A DNA stretch of 64,000 bases from the NCBI GenBank assembly GCA_963758635.1, contig CAVWWD010000005.1:128001-192000 (forward strand), read 5' to 3'. Below are positions 8,848 through 19,698 of this stretch, one piece after another; the first letter of the stretch is position 1; the number at the start of each line of letters is the position of its first letter. The notes below the pieces were generated by a model, which did no database searches, was not told the origin of the DNA, and worked only from the letters and a program-made list of their open reading frames with translations. Source of the DNA: an uncultured Candidatus Rokubacteria bacterium. Its GTDB lineage: Bacteria > Methylomirabilota > Methylomirabilia > Rokubacteriales > CSP1-6. Made by a program: the position numbers and the translations under genes.

Positions 8848-11234
8848 ATGGCGACGGCCAGGCTGTTCGGAGCGAGCATCAAGCGGCGCGAGGATCCTCG
8901 CTTCATCACCGGAAAGGGCAACTACACCGACGACGTGAAGCTGGCGGGCATGACGTACGCCGCCTTCGTGCGGAGCCCGCACGCGCACGCCCGCGTCACG
9001 TCGATCGACGTGCGGGCCGCCAAGAGCCACCCCGGCGTGGTGGCGGTGTTCACCGGCAAGGACATGACCGGCGTCAACTCGCTGCCCTGCGGCTGGGACC
9101 TCCGCAAGGAGAAGAACATCCCGGGGGTCGTGCAGGACCTGGCCATGGTGCCGCACATGCCGCTCACGTCGGACGTCGCCCGTCACGTGGGCGACCCGGT
9201 GGCGGTGGTCATCGCGCACAGCCAGGACGCGGCCAACGACGCGGCGGAGAAGGTGGCGGTGGCGTGGGGAGAGCTGCCCGCCGTGACCGCCACCGAGGGG
9301 GCCACGCAGGCGAGCGCGACGCAGATCCACGCCGGCGCCCCGGGCAACGTCGCGTTCCGCTGGGAGCTCGGGGGCGGGGACGTCGACGCCGCCTTCAAGA
9401 GCGCCCACGTGGTGGTGAAGAAGAAGATCGTCAACCAGCGGCTGGTGGCCAACGCGATGGAGCCCCGCGCGTGCGTGGCCCGCTACGAGGATGCCACCGG
9501 CGAGCTGACCCTCTGGGTGACCTCGCAGAACCCGCACGTCCACCGGCTGCTGATGTGCGCCTTCGTCCTCGGCATCCCCGAGAACAAGGTGCGCGTGATC
9601 GCGCCGGACGTGGGCGGCGGCTTCGGGTCGAAGATCTTCCTCTACAACGAGGAGGTCGTGTGCTCGTGGGCGTCCCGGCAGCTCAAGCGGCCGGTGCGCT
9701 GGACGGCGACCCGCCGCGAGGCCTACATGACCGACGCCCACGGCCGGGACCACGTCACCGAGGCGGCGATGGCGATGTCGCAGGACGGGAAGATCCTCGG
9801 CCTGCACGTCAAGACCACCGCCAACCTCGGCGCGTACCTCTCGACCTTCGCGCCCGCGGTGCCCACGTTCCTCTACGGCACCCTGCTGAACGGCGTCTAC
9901 ACGATCGGCGCGATCAAGTGCGAGGTCACCGGGGTCTTCACCAACACCACCGCGGTCGACGCCTACCGCGGCGCGGGCCGGCCCGAGGCGTGCTACGTGC
10001 TCGAGCGGATGGTGGACGCGGCGGCCGCGGCGCTCAAGATGGACCCCGTCGAGGTGCGGCGGAAGAACTTCATCCCGAAGTTCTCCGGCGTCTACCAGAC
10101 GCTGGTCGCCGTGGCCTACGACAGCGGCGACTACGGCAAGGCCCTCGATCGCCTCCTCCAGATGTTCGACTACAAGAAGTTCCGCGCCGAGCAGGCGGAG
10201 GCGCGCAAGCAGGGCCGGCTCATCGGGGTGGGCTTCTCGACCTACATCGAGGCGTGCTCGATCGCGCCGTCGAAGGTGGTGGGCGCGCTCGGCGCGGGCG
10301 CCGGCCTCTACGAGTCCGGCAAGATCCGGGTGCACCCCACGGGGTCGGTGAGCGTGTACACGGGCTCGCACTCCCACGGCCAGGGCCACGAGACGACGTT
10401 CGCCCAGCTCGTGGCCGACGAGCTCCAGGTGCCGATCGAGCAGGTGGAGGTGATCCACGGCGACACCGGCGCCATCCCGTTCGGCATGGGGACCTACGGC
10501 AGCCGCTCCGCCTCCGTCGGGGGCACCGCGCTGCTGATGTCGGTCAACAAGATCAAGGAGAAGGGCAAGCGGATCGCCGCGCACCTCCTGGAGGCCGCCC
10601 CGAGCGACATCGAGTACACCAACGGGCAGTTCTCGGTCCGGGGCGCGCCGGGCAAGGCCGTGCCGTTCGGCGCGGTGGCCCTGACCGCCTACGTGCCCCA
10701 CAACTATCCCGAGGGGCTCGAGCCCGGCCTCGAGGAGACGAGCTTCTACGATCCGTCCAACTTCTGCTTCCCGTTCGGGGCGCACGCGTGCGTCGTCGAG
10801 GTGGATCCCGACACCGGCGAGGTCAAGATCCTCCGCTACGTGGCGGTGGACGACGTGGGCAACGTCATCAACCCGATGATCGTCGACGGCATGGTGCACG
10901 GCGGCATCGCGCAGGGCGTGGGCCAGGCCCTGTGGGAGGGCGCGGTGTACGACAGCGGGTCCGGCCAGCTCGTCACCGGCACGATGATGGACTATGCCCT
11001 GCCCAAGGCCGACATGCTGCCGCTCTACGAGACGGACCGCACCGAGACGCCCACGCCCGTCAACCCGCTCGGCATCAAGGGGGCGGGGAGACGGGGACCA
11101 TCGCGGCGACGCCGGCGGTCGTGAACGCCGTGGTGGACGCGCTCTCGGGGCTCGGGGTCGACCACATCGAGGCAATGCCGCTCACCCCGGAGCGCGTGTG
11201 GAAGACCGCACACGCCGCCCGAGCGAAGAACTAG
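8848..11234 (+). CDS. coxL: Mo-hydroxylase large subunit, form II CoxL-like; probable sequencing frameshift near 11085
   Basis: [30 protein letters not shown]-terminus [16 protein letters not shown] continues in another frame to 11234. Confidence 0.88.
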
Positions 11235-11244
11235 GGGGTCACGC

Positions 11245-12102
11245 ATGTACCCAGCGTCCTTCGAGTACCACCTGCCCGGAACCATCAAGGATGCGCTGGA
11301 CCTGCTCGGCAAGCACAAGGACGACGCCAAGCTCCTGGCCGGCGGCCACAGCCTGCTGCCCGCGATGAAGCTGCGCCTCGCGCGGCCCGCCCACCTGGTG
11401 GACCTCCGCAAGGTGCCCGGCCTCACCGGCATCAAGGAGGAGGGCGGCTCCATCGTGATCGGCGCGATGACCACGCACTACGCCATCGAGACCTCCGCGG
11501 TGGTGAAGTCGAAGTGCGCCGTGCTCGCGCACGCCGCGGGCATGATCGGCGACCCGATGGTCCGGAACCTCGGGACGATCGGCGGCAGCCTCGCCCACGC
11601 CGACCCCGCCGCCGACTACCCGGCGGCGATCATCGCGCTCGGCGCGGAGATGGTCGCGGAGGGGCCGAAGGGCAAGCGGACGATCAAGGCCGACGACTTC
11701 TTCAAGGCCCTCCTGACCACCGCGCTCTCGCCCGACGAGATCCTGACCGAGGTGCGCGTGCCCGTCTGCGGCCCGAACGTGGGCGCGGCGTACCTGAAGT
11801 TCCCGCACCCCGCCTCGCGGTTCGCGGTGGTCGGGGTCGCCGCCGTCCTCACCATGGACGGGGCGAAGGTGGGCAAGGTGGGCGTCGGCATCACCGGCGC
11901 GGGCACCAAGGCCGTCCGCGCCAAGGGCGTGGAGGCCGGCCTGGCCGGCAAGAGCCTCGACGCGGCCACCATCCAGGCCGCGGCCGACACGGCGCCGGAC
12001 GGAGTGGACGTGCAGGCCGACCTGCAGGGCTCGGTGGACTACAAGAAGCACCTCCTCAAGGTCTTCGCGCGTCGCGCGATCGAGGCCGCCACCAAGAAGT
12101 GA
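11245..12102 (+). CDS. coxM: Mo-hydroxylase FAD subunit
   Basis: LAGGHSLLP, RNLGTIGGSLAHADPAAD. Confidence 0.92.
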   Translation: MYPASFEYHLPGTIKDALDLLGKHKDDAKLLAGGHSLLPAMKLRLARPAHLVDLRKVPGLTGIKEEGGSIVIGAMTTHYAIETSAVVKSKCAVLAHAAGMIGDPMVRNLGTIGGSLAHADPAADYPAAIIALGAEMVAEGPKGKRTIKADDFFKALLTTALSPDEILTEVRVPVCGPNVGAAYLKFPHPASRFAVVGVAAVLTMDGAKVGKVGVGITGAGTKAVRAKGVEAGLAGKSLDAATIQAAADTAPDGVDVQADLQGSVDYKKHLLKVFARRAIEAATKK

Positions 12103-12121
12103 TTCGTCCTGCTCTGGCCAC

Positions 12122-12154
12122 GGCCCCGCGGATCGGCTTCCGCGGGGCCTTTTT
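12122..12154 (+). terminator. Rho-independent terminator
   Basis: ggccccgcgga-loop-tccgcggggcc followed by TTTTT. Confidence 0.85.
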
Positions 12155-12297
12155 CCCGCGGATCCACCGCAGGAGGCCGCCATGATCGCCGGGGCGCTAG
12201 CGGCGACCGACTCGGATCGTTCATGCTCCTGCGCACGGAGACCACGACGACCACGCCGTCCGCGTGAGGCGGCAGGAAGGCGGCCCCGGGCGTCGTG

Positions 12298-12885
12298 ATG
12301 GCCGGGATCGTGCTCGCCGCCGGGCTGTCCCGGCGGATGGGCCAGGCGAAGCTCCTCCTCGACTGGCACGGCGCGCCGGTGATCCGGCGCGCCGTCGAGC
12401 GCGTGCTCGCCGCCGGCCTCGACGACGTCGTCGTGGTCACGGGCCCGGAGGCGGCCGCGATCGGCGAGGCGCTCGCCGGGCTTCCGCTGCGGCTCGCCGT
12501 GAATCCCGCGCCCGAGGCGGGACAGGCGGGCTCGGTGGTGGCGGGGATCCGCGCGCTCCGCGCGGGCGCCGCGGCCGCAGTGATCGCGCTCGGCGATCAG
12601 CCCACGCTGCCCGAGGCGGTCATCCCTCGGCTGGTCGCGCTGGCCCGGGAGACGGGCCAGGCCATCGTCGCGCCATCCTACCGCGGCGCGCGCGGCAACC
12701 CCGTCCTGTTCGCCGCGTCGGTCTTCCCGGAGCTGCTGGCGCTGACCGGCGACGAGGGCGCGCGCGGCGTGATCGTCCGCGACCCCGCCCGCGTCGCCCT
12801 CGCTCACTTCGATCTCCCGATGCCGCCGGACCTCGACACCCGCGAGGACTACGAGAGGCTCCGGCCGAGTCCAGGACCCGTGTAA
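12298..12885 (+). CDS. mocA: Molybdenum cofactor cytidylyltransferase-like nucleotidyltransferase
   Basis: LAAGLSRRMG-K, LGDQP, GNPVLF, GDEGAR, DLDT. Confidence 0.85.
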   Translation: MAGIVLAAGLSRRMGQAKLLLDWHGAPVIRRAVERVLAAGLDDVVVVTGPEAAAIGEALAGLPLRLAVNPAPEAGQAGSVVAGIRALRAGAAAAVIALGDQPTLPEAVIPRLVALARETGQAIVAPSYRGARGNPVLFAASVFPELLALTGDEGARGVIVRDPARVALAHFDLPMPPDLDTREDYERLRPSPGPV

Positions 12886-12897
12886 ACTAGGGACACC

Positions 12898-13786
12898 ATG
12901 AGAGAAGAGATCAAGAAAATCCAAGAGTTGATGGAGAATTCGCGACTACGTCACCGACCGAGCCATCGCCACGTCGGTGCACCTGGCGATGACCCTCAGG
13001 AAGCCGCTCCTCATCGAGGGGCACGCCGGGGTCGGGAAGACCGAGGTCGCGAAGGTGATGTCGCGCGTCCTCGGCACGCGCCTCATCCGGCTGCAGTGCT
13101 ACGAGGGGCTCGACGCGAACCAGACGCTCTACGAGTGGAACTACCCGAAGCAGATCCTCCACATCAAGCTGGAGGAGAGCACGACGCACTCGCTCGAGCA
13201 CAAGGAGGCGGCGATCTTCTCCGAGCCGTTCCTCGTGCGCCGGCCACTGCTCCAGGCGCTCACGCCGAACGGTCCCGCCCCCGTGCTCCTGATCGACGAG
13301 GTGGACCGGGGCGACGAGGAGCTCGAGGCGTTCCTCCTCGAGGTGCTCTCCGAGTACCAGGTGACGATTCCCGAACTCGGCACGATCAAGGCCACCGAGC
13401 CCCCCTACGTCATCCTCACCTCGAACCGGATCCGCGAGCTGTCCGACGCGCTCCGCCGCCGGTGCCTCTACCTCTGGATCGACTTCCCCGGCTTCGACAA
13501 GGAAGTGCGCATCGTGACGCGCAAGGTTCCGGGGATCAACGAGCGCCTGGCGAAGGAAGTGACGCGCTTCATGGAGACGCTGCGCACGGTGCGGCTCGCC
13601 AAGGTCCCGGGCGTGGCCGAGACGCTCGACTGGGCCCAGGCGCTGGTGTCGCTGCACGCCGACCACCTGGACGAGGCGCTGGTCGCCGAGACCCTCGGCT
13701 GCATCCTCAAGGACCCCGACGACATCAAGCGCGTGCGCCGGCAGCTCGAGACCGAGGGGATGAAGCGCTTCCTCACCACGGAGTAG
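12898..13786 (+). CDS. coxD: MoxR/CoxD AAA+ ATPase; probable frameshift near 12940
   Basis: EGHAGVGKT, RLQCYEG, IDEVD, SDALRRRC. Confidence 0.85.
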
Positions 13787-13792
13787 CCCCAG

Positions 13793-14965
13793 ATGGCCGT
13801 GGCGGGCGTCGCTGTTCCGCGCGACCTCCGCACCGCCATGCTCGCGTTCGGCCAGCGGCTCAGGGCCAGCGGGCTCGGCGTCACGGTGTCGGAGCTGATG
13901 GACGCGCTGCGCAGCCTCGACCTCGTCGACCTGATGGACCGCGACAACGTCTACCTGGCCCTCCGCGCGGTGCTGGTTTCGCGGCAGGAGGAGGTGCCCG
14001 CCTTCGACCGCTGCTTCGAGTCCTTCTGGCGGTTCCACGCCGAGTCGGGGCAGGGGGTCGACGGCCTCATGAGCCCGGCCCCGGACGCGACGCGGCCGGA
14101 GCACGCGGGGGGCGGATCGGCGGACGCCGCAGCCGAGAACCAGGCGGCGCTCGCGCTCGAGGCGTGGGAGGAGGAGGTCGAGGACGACGGCGACCCGCTG
14201 GAGGTCCCCGGGGTGAGCGCCAACGAGGTCTTGATGGACCAGGACTTCTCCACGTTCCCGGCCGAGCAGCTCGACGAGGTGGCGCGCCTCACCGCGCTCA
14301 TCGCCAAGCGGCTGGCCCGCCGGATGAGCCGACGGCGGCGGCCCGTGCGCCGGGGCGGCATCGTCGATCTCCGCCGGAGCATCCGCGCCAACATGATGAA
14401 GGGCGAGATCATCGAGCTGCGCCGACGGGAGCGCCGGCGCAAGAAGGTGCGCGTGGTCCTCCTGTGCGACGTGTCGGGCTCCATGGATCTCTACAGCCGC
14501 TTCCTCCTGCAGTTCCTCTACGCGCTGCAGAACGTCTTCGGCCGCGTGGAGACCTTCACGTTCGCCACCCGGCTGACGCGCGTCACCGACCGTCTGAAGG
14601 GCGCGTCGTACAAGCTCGCGCTCAGGCGCCTCGGGGACGTCCGCGACTTCTCGGGAGGGACCCGGATCGGGGAGTCCCTCCGCGAGTTCAACCAGACCTG
14701 GGGCCACCTCGTGAACCGGCAGACGATCGTCGTGCTCCTGTCCGACGGCTGGGACACCGGCGAGCCCGAGGAGCTGGCCAGCGAGATGCTGGCGCTCAAG
14801 CGGCGCGCCGGGCGCCTGATCTGGCTGAACCCGCTGCTCGGCAACCCGGCCTACGAGCCGCTCACGCGCGGCATGGCCGCCGCGCTCCCGCTCGTGGACC
14901 ACTTCGCGGCCGCTCACAACCTGCAGAGCCTGCGCGACCTCGCGCGGCATCTCACGCTGAGGTAG
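13793..14965 (+). CDS. coxE: CoxE-like VWA domain protein
   Basis: DVSGSM, SGGTRIG, SDGWD, WLNPL. Confidence 0.88.
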   Translation: MAVAGVAVPRDLRTAMLAFGQRLRASGLGVTVSELMDALRSLDLVDLMDRDNVYLALRAVLVSRQEEVPAFDRCFESFWRFHAESGQGVDGLMSPAPDATRPEHAGGGSADAAAENQAALALEAWEEEVEDDGDPLEVPGVSANEVLMDQDFSTFPAEQLDEVARLTALIAKRLARRMSRRRRPVRRGGIVDLRRSIRANMMKGEIIELRRRERRRKKVRVVLLCDVSGSMDLYSRFLLQFLYALQNVFGRVETFTFATRLTRVTDRLKGASYKLALRRLGDVRDFSGGTRIGESLREFNQTWGHLVNRQTIVVLLSDGWDTGEPEELASEMLALKRRAGRLIWLNPLLGNPAYEPLTRGMAAALPLVDHFAAAHNLQSLRDLARHLTLR

Positions 14966-14970
14966 CCACC

Positions 14971-16065
14971 ATGTCAGAGCTCTTCGACCAGCTCGCCGAC
15001 CTGAAGCGGACGGAGGGCAAGGTCGCCCTCGCGACGCTTGTGAATACCCGAGGCACAACCCCTCGAAAAGAAGGGGCGAAGATGCTGGTCGGCGAAGGGG
15101 GACGCGTCCTCGGATCCGTCACCATCGGTGGCTGCGTCGACGCTCAGGTGATCGAGGAGTCCTCCGACGTCCTGGGCCAGAACGCGCCGCGCCTGCTCGA
15201 GCTGAACCTGGGCGACGAGGACGCCTGGGAGATCGGTCTCACCTGCGGCGGGACCATCGAGGTCTTCGTCGAGCCCGTGACCCTCGACCGGCCGGGCGAC
15301 CCCACGCTGGCCTTCTACGAGCGCGCGCGGGCCCACGCCGAGGCCGGGGGCCGGGCCGTCATCATCACCCGCCTGGACCAGCCCCACGAGGGGGCGAAGC
15401 TCATCGTGACGGACGCCGGGACCCGCGAGGGGACGCTCGGCGACGCGTTCCTGGACGACCGCTTCGCCGGCGAGGCGCGCGCCAGCCTGCTCACCGGCTC
15501 CTCGCGCACGATGCTCCTGGAGGGGGTCCGGGCCTTCGTGGAGGTGGTCGCGCCGCCCTCCATCCTGCTCGTGGTCGGGGCCAGCCACGTGGCGATGCCG
15601 CTGACCTCGCTCGCCCGGACGCTCGGGTTCCGGACCGTGGTGATCGACGGCCGGCCTCGCTTCGCCACGCCCGAGCGCTTCCCCGACGTGGACGAGCTCA
15701 AGATCGGCATCCCCTCCGACCTCGTCCGCGAGGTGCCGCTGATCCCGACCACCGCCCTCGTGCTGGTCGCCCACGACTACAAGTACGACATGCCCGTCCT
15801 GCGTCACGCCTTCACCACGCCGGTGGGCTACATCGGGCTCCTCGGCAGCACGCGACGGGGCGCGGCCATCTTCAACCTGCTGCGCGAGGACGGCGTGGGC
15901 GAGACGGACCTGGCGCGGGTGCGCACGCCCATCGGGCTCGACCTCGGCGCCCAGTCCGCGCCGGAGATCGCGCTGGCCATCCTGGCCGAGATCGTCGCCT
16001 CGCAGCACGGCGCCACCGGGCTGCCGCTCGGCGAGAAGGTGAAGCGGGGCGTCGGCCCGAGATGA
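14971..16065 (+). CDS. XdhC/CoxF-family Moco chaperone
   Basis: TPRKEGAKM, GGCVD, GLTCGG, YIGLLGS, PIGLDLGA. Confidence 0.88.
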   Translation: MSELFDQLADLKRTEGKVALATLVNTRGTTPRKEGAKMLVGEGGRVLGSVTIGGCVDAQVIEESSDVLGQNAPRLLELNLGDEDAWEIGLTCGGTIEVFVEPVTLDRPGDPTLAFYERARAHAEAGGRAVIITRLDQPHEGAKLIVTDAGTREGTLGDAFLDDRFAGEARASLLTGSSRTMLLEGVRAFVEVVAPPSILLVVGASHVAMPLTSLARTLGFRTVVIDGRPRFATPERFPDVDELKIGIPSDLVREVPLIPTTALVLVAHDYKYDMPVLRHAFTTPVGYIGLLGSTRRGAAIFNLLREDGVGETDLARVRTPIGLDLGAQSAPEIALAILAEIVASQHGATGLPLGEKVKRGVGPR

Positions 16066-17105
16066 AGGCTCGCGCGCTCAGCCGCGCCGACGCCACGCCG
16101 GCGACCCTCGAGGGCCGGATCGCCTGCAACGACGTGCGCGACGGCGACGGGAAGCTCGCCGTGCGCAAGGGGCAGACGCTGGACGCCGGGGCCGCGCGGC
16201 GGCTGCTCGACCTCGCGTGGTCGGAGCTTCACCTGCTCGAGCTCGAGCCCGGCGACCTGCACGAGGAGCCCGCGGGCGCGCGCCTGTCCCAGGCCGCGGC
16301 GGGCGACGGCGTCGAGGTGAAGGGCTACAGCGGCGGCCAGTGGACGCTCGTCGCCGCCGCCCGCGGCCTGCTGCGCGTCCATGCCCGGGCCCTCCACGAG
16401 GTCAACGCGCAGTCCGGCATTTCGGTCTTCACGCTCTGGGACCTCCAGCCCGTCGAGCCCGGCGAGGTGGTGGCGCGGGCCAAGGTCACGCCGCTGGCGA
16501 TCCCGGAGACCACGGTCAAGCGCGCCGAGGCCGCCGCGTGGTCGGCCTCCGGCCTCGTGACGGTGAAGCGCTTCCGGCCCTCGGTGGTGGGCGCGGTGAC
16601 GCGGGAGAGCCTCGACGCCCGCCAGCGCGCCCGCTTCGAGTCCGCGCTCCGGGAGAAGCTCGACTGGCTGGGCTCGCGCCTGCTCGGCGTCCGCTATTCC
16701 GGCGGGGGCGCGGCGGCGGTGGCCGCCGACATCGAGGCGCTCGTGGCGGAGGGCGCGGAGGTCCTGATCGCCGCGGGGGCGAGCTCGCTCGACCCGCTCG
16801 ACCCCGTGTTCCTCGGCATCGAGCGCGCGGGCGGACGCATGGAGCGCCACGGCGTGCCCGCCCATCCCGGCAGCCTGCTGTTCCTGGCGCGGATCGGCGA
16901 CCGGCCCGTGGTCGGCATGCCCACGTGCGGCATGTTCTCGCAGGCCACCACCTTCGACCTCGTGCTGCCGCGCCTGCTCGCCGGCCTGCCCGCGGGCAAC
17001 GCGGAGCTGGCCGGGCTCGGCCACGGCGGCCTGATCTCGCAGGACAGCGCGTACCGCTTCCCGCCGTATCGCGCGTCCACCGCGCGCGGGGAGATCGGCG
17101 AGTGA
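16062..17105 (+). CDS. Molybdopterin-binding (MoeA-like domain) protein
   Basis: DPLDP, GVPAHPGSLL, GMPTCG, FDLVLPR, GHGG. Confidence 0.7.
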   Translation: MKARALSRADATPATLEGRIACNDVRDGDGKLAVRKGQTLDAGAARRLLDLAWSELHLLELEPGDLHEEPAGARLSQAAAGDGVEVKGYSGGQWTLVAAARGLLRVHARALHEVNAQSGISVFTLWDLQPVEPGEVVARAKVTPLAIPETTVKRAEAAAWSASGLVTVKRFRPSVVGAVTRESLDARQRARFESALREKLDWLGSRLLGVRYSGGGAAAVAADIEALVAEGAEVLIAAGASSLDPLDPVFLGIERAGGRMERHGVPAHPGSLLFLARIGDRPVVGMPTCGMFSQATTFDLVLPRLLAGLPAGNAELAGLGHGGLISQDSAYRFPPYRASTARGEIGE

Positions 17106-17482
17106 GCGCGGCGCTCTACAGCTCGGTGATCCGCGAGCGCTTCCGCCGCCCGCGGTTCCGGGGCCGCGTGGAGTCGCCGGACGCCGTCTTCGAGGACGTG
17201 AACCCGCTGTGCGGCGATCGGATCCGCATCGAGTGCCGTCTCGACGGCGACGTGATCGCCGAGGCGCGGCACCACGGCGACAGCTGCGCCGTCAGCACCG
17301 CCGCCGCCGACGTGCTGCTGGAGCTGGCGGTGGGCCGGCCCGTGGCCGAGGCCGCGGCCATCCCGATCGGCGACGTCCTCGAGCGGCTCGAGGCCGACAT
17401 CCGGCCCTCGCGGATGAAGTGCGTGGCGCTGCCCCTTGGCGTGCTCCAGGGGGCGCTGGCGCGGAAGGGAGCGACATCGTGA
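17102..17482 (+). CDS. SufU/IscU-like Fe-S scaffold or sulfur acceptor
   Basis: NPLCGD, GDSCAVS, RMKC (three conserved Cys). Confidence 0.85.
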   Translation: MSAALYSSVIRERFRRPRFRGRVESPDAVFEDVNPLCGDRIRIECRLDGDVIAEARHHGDSCAVSTAAADVLLELAVGRPVAEAAAIPIGDVLERLEADIRPSRMKCVALPLGVLQGALARKGATS

Positions 17483-18696
17483 CGCTCGGAGAGCGGTGCC
17501 GGCCGGACTTTCCCATCCTCGACCGGGTCGTGAACGGTCATCCGCTCACGTTCCTCGACTCCGCCGCCTCGAGCCAGAAGCCGCGGCAGGTGCTGGAGGC
17601 CCTCCAGCGGTATTACGAGCGGAGCCACGCCAACGTCCACCGCTCCATCCACACCCTGGGGGAGGAGGCGACCGAGGCCTACGAGTCGGCGCGCGACGCG
17701 GTACGCGCCTTCATCGGCGCCCGGTCGCGCGAGGAGATCGTCTTCACCCGTGGGACCACCGAGGGCATCAACCTGGTGGCCCAGGCGCTCGGCCGCACCC
17801 TCCGCCCGGGCGACGAGATCGTCGTGACCGAGCTGGAGCACCACTCGAACCTGATCCCGTGGCAGATGGCGTGCCGCGATCGCGGCGCCGTGCTCCGGGC
17901 CGTGCCCGTCAAGGACGGCGTGGCCCTCGACATGGAGGCGTACGCGCGCCTGCTCGGCTCCCGGACGCGCGTGGTGGCCATGGCGCACGTGTCGAACGTG
18001 CTCGGCACGATCAACCCCGTGGTGGAGGCGACGCGCCAGGCCCACGCCGCGGGCGCGCTCGTGCTCCTCGACGGCGCCCAGGCCGTCCCGCACATGCCGC
18101 TCGACATGGAAGGGATCGGGGCGGACTTCTACGTCTTCTCGGGCCACAAGATGCTCGGGCCCACCGGCATCGGCGTGCTCTACGGGCGCCGCGAGGTCCT
18201 GGCGGGCCTGGAGCCGGCCTGGGGCGGGGGAGAGATGATCAAGGAGGTCTGGATCGACCACGCCCAGTGGAACGACCTCCCGTGGCGCTTCGAGCCCGGC
18301 ACGCCGCCCATCGCCGCGGCGGTGGGCCTGCACGCCGCCGTCGAGTACCTCGAGAAGCTCGGCATGGAGCGCGTGGCCGCCTACGAGCGCGAGCTCACGC
18401 AGCGCTGCATCGACCGGCTCTCGGGCATCCCGGGCGTCACGGTCTACGGTCCGCGTCACGCCGAGGGCAAGGGCGCGGTGGTGGCGTTCGACGTGGCGGG
18501 CATCCATCCCCACGACGGGGCCGCCCTCCTCGACCAGCAAGGCATCGCGGTGCGCGCCGGGCATCACTGCGCGCAGCCGCTCATGAAGCGGCTCGGCATC
18601 ACCGGGACGCTCCGCGCGAGCTTCTCCGTGTACAACACGCCGGCCGACGTGGACCGCCTCGCCGAGGCCCTGCGCACCATCCACGAGCGGCTGTAG
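17479..18696 (+). CDS. sufS: Cysteine desulfurase, SufS type
   Basis: LDSAASSQKP, EHHSN, DGAQ, FSGHKM, RAGHHCA. Confidence 0.92.
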   Translation: MTLGERCRPDFPILDRVVNGHPLTFLDSAASSQKPRQVLEALQRYYERSHANVHRSIHTLGEEATEAYESARDAVRAFIGARSREEIVFTRGTTEGINLVAQALGRTLRPGDEIVVTELEHHSNLIPWQMACRDRGAVLRAVPVKDGVALDMEAYARLLGSRTRVVAMAHVSNVLGTINPVVEATRQAHAAGALVLLDGAQAVPHMPLDMEGIGADFYVFSGHKMLGPTGIGVLYGRREVLAGLEPAWGGGEMIKEVWIDHAQWNDLPWRFEPGTPPIAAAVGLHAAVEYLEKLGMERVAAYERELTQRCIDRLSGIPGVTVYGPRHAEGKGAVVAFDVAGIHPHDGAALLDQQGIAVRAGHHCAQPLMKRLGITGTLRASFSVYNTPADVDRLAEALRTIHERL

Positions 18697-18701
18697 CCGT
18701 C

Positions 18702-19640
18702 GTGACGCACCCCACGCCCCCGGACGCCTTCCGCTCGCCCCGCTACGCCCAGCCCGCCAGCTTCATGCGGCTGCCGGTGATCCGCGATCCGGCCGCGCTC
18801 GACGTGGCGCTGCTCGGCGTGCCGTACGACGGCGGCACCTCCTACCGGCCGGGCGCCCGGTACGGGCCGCGCGCGGTGCGCGAGCAATCGTCGCTGATCC
18901 GGCCCTGGAACCCCGTGCTGCGGGTGGCCCCATTCGAGCGCCTGCGCGTCGCCGACGCCGGCGACGTCGACGTGGTGCCGATCTCCATCGAGCGGACCTT
19001 CGAAGCGATCGAGGCCGAGGTCGAGCCGCTGGTCGCGGGAGGGGTGATCCCCCTCGCCGTCGGCGGCGATCACTCGATCACGCTGCCGATCCTCCGGCGG
19101 CTCGCCGCGCGCCACGGGCCGCTCGGGCTCGTCCACTTCGACGCGCACCCCGACACCTGGGACGAGTACTTCGGCTCCAAGCACTTCCACGGCACCACGT
19201 TCCGGCGGGCGGTGGAGGAGGGCGTCGTCGACGGCCGGCGCGTGATCCAGATCGGCATCCGCGGACCGCTCTACGCCGAGGACGACTTCGATTTCCACCG
19301 CGAGCACGGCCTCGAGGCGATCCGCGTCGAAGCGGTGAAGGAGCGCGGGACGGCGTGGGTGGCCGAGCGGCTCCAGCGCCTGGCCGGCGGCCCCGTCTAC
19401 TGCTCCTTCGACATCGACGCGGTCGATCCCGCCTACGCCCCGGCCACCGGCACGCCGGAGGTCGGCGGCCTCACCTCGTGGGAAGCCCTCGTCCTCGTCC
19501 GCGCCCTGCGGGGGATCCGCCTCGTGGGCGCCGATCTCGTGGAGGTCTCGCCGCTCTACGACGGGCCGGGGCAGATCACGAGCCTCCTCGCCGCCAACCT
19601 GGTGTTCGAGCTGCTCTCGCTGATGGCGCTCGCCGCCTGA
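18702..19640 (+). CDS. Ureohydrolase (agmatinase/guanidinobutyrase-like)
   Basis: GGDHSIT, HFDAHPD, HGT-FRRA, SFDIDAVD, TGTPEVGG. Confidence 0.9.
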   Translation: MTHPTPPDAFRSPRYAQPASFMRLPVIRDPAALDVALLGVPYDGGTSYRPGARYGPRAVREQSSLIRPWNPVLRVAPFERLRVADAGDVDVVPISIERTFEAIEAEVEPLVAGGVIPLAVGGDHSITLPILRRLAARHGPLGLVHFDAHPDTWDEYFGSKHFHGTTFRRAVEEGVVDGRRVIQIGIRGPLYAEDDFDFHREHGLEAIRVEAVKERGTAWVAERLQRLAGGPVYCSFDIDAVDPAYAPATGTPEVGGLTSWEALVLVRALRGIRLVGADLVEVSPLYDGPGQITSLLAANLVFELLSLMALAA

Positions 19641-19698
19641 CCGGCCCGGCGGCGCCCTCTTCGCCGGGTGTTATCATGGCCCAGGTAGGAACCGTCCA

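Noticed and set aside
8848..11234. Bona fide form I CO dehydrogenase
   Set aside because: Has AYRGAGR, not AYxCSFR.
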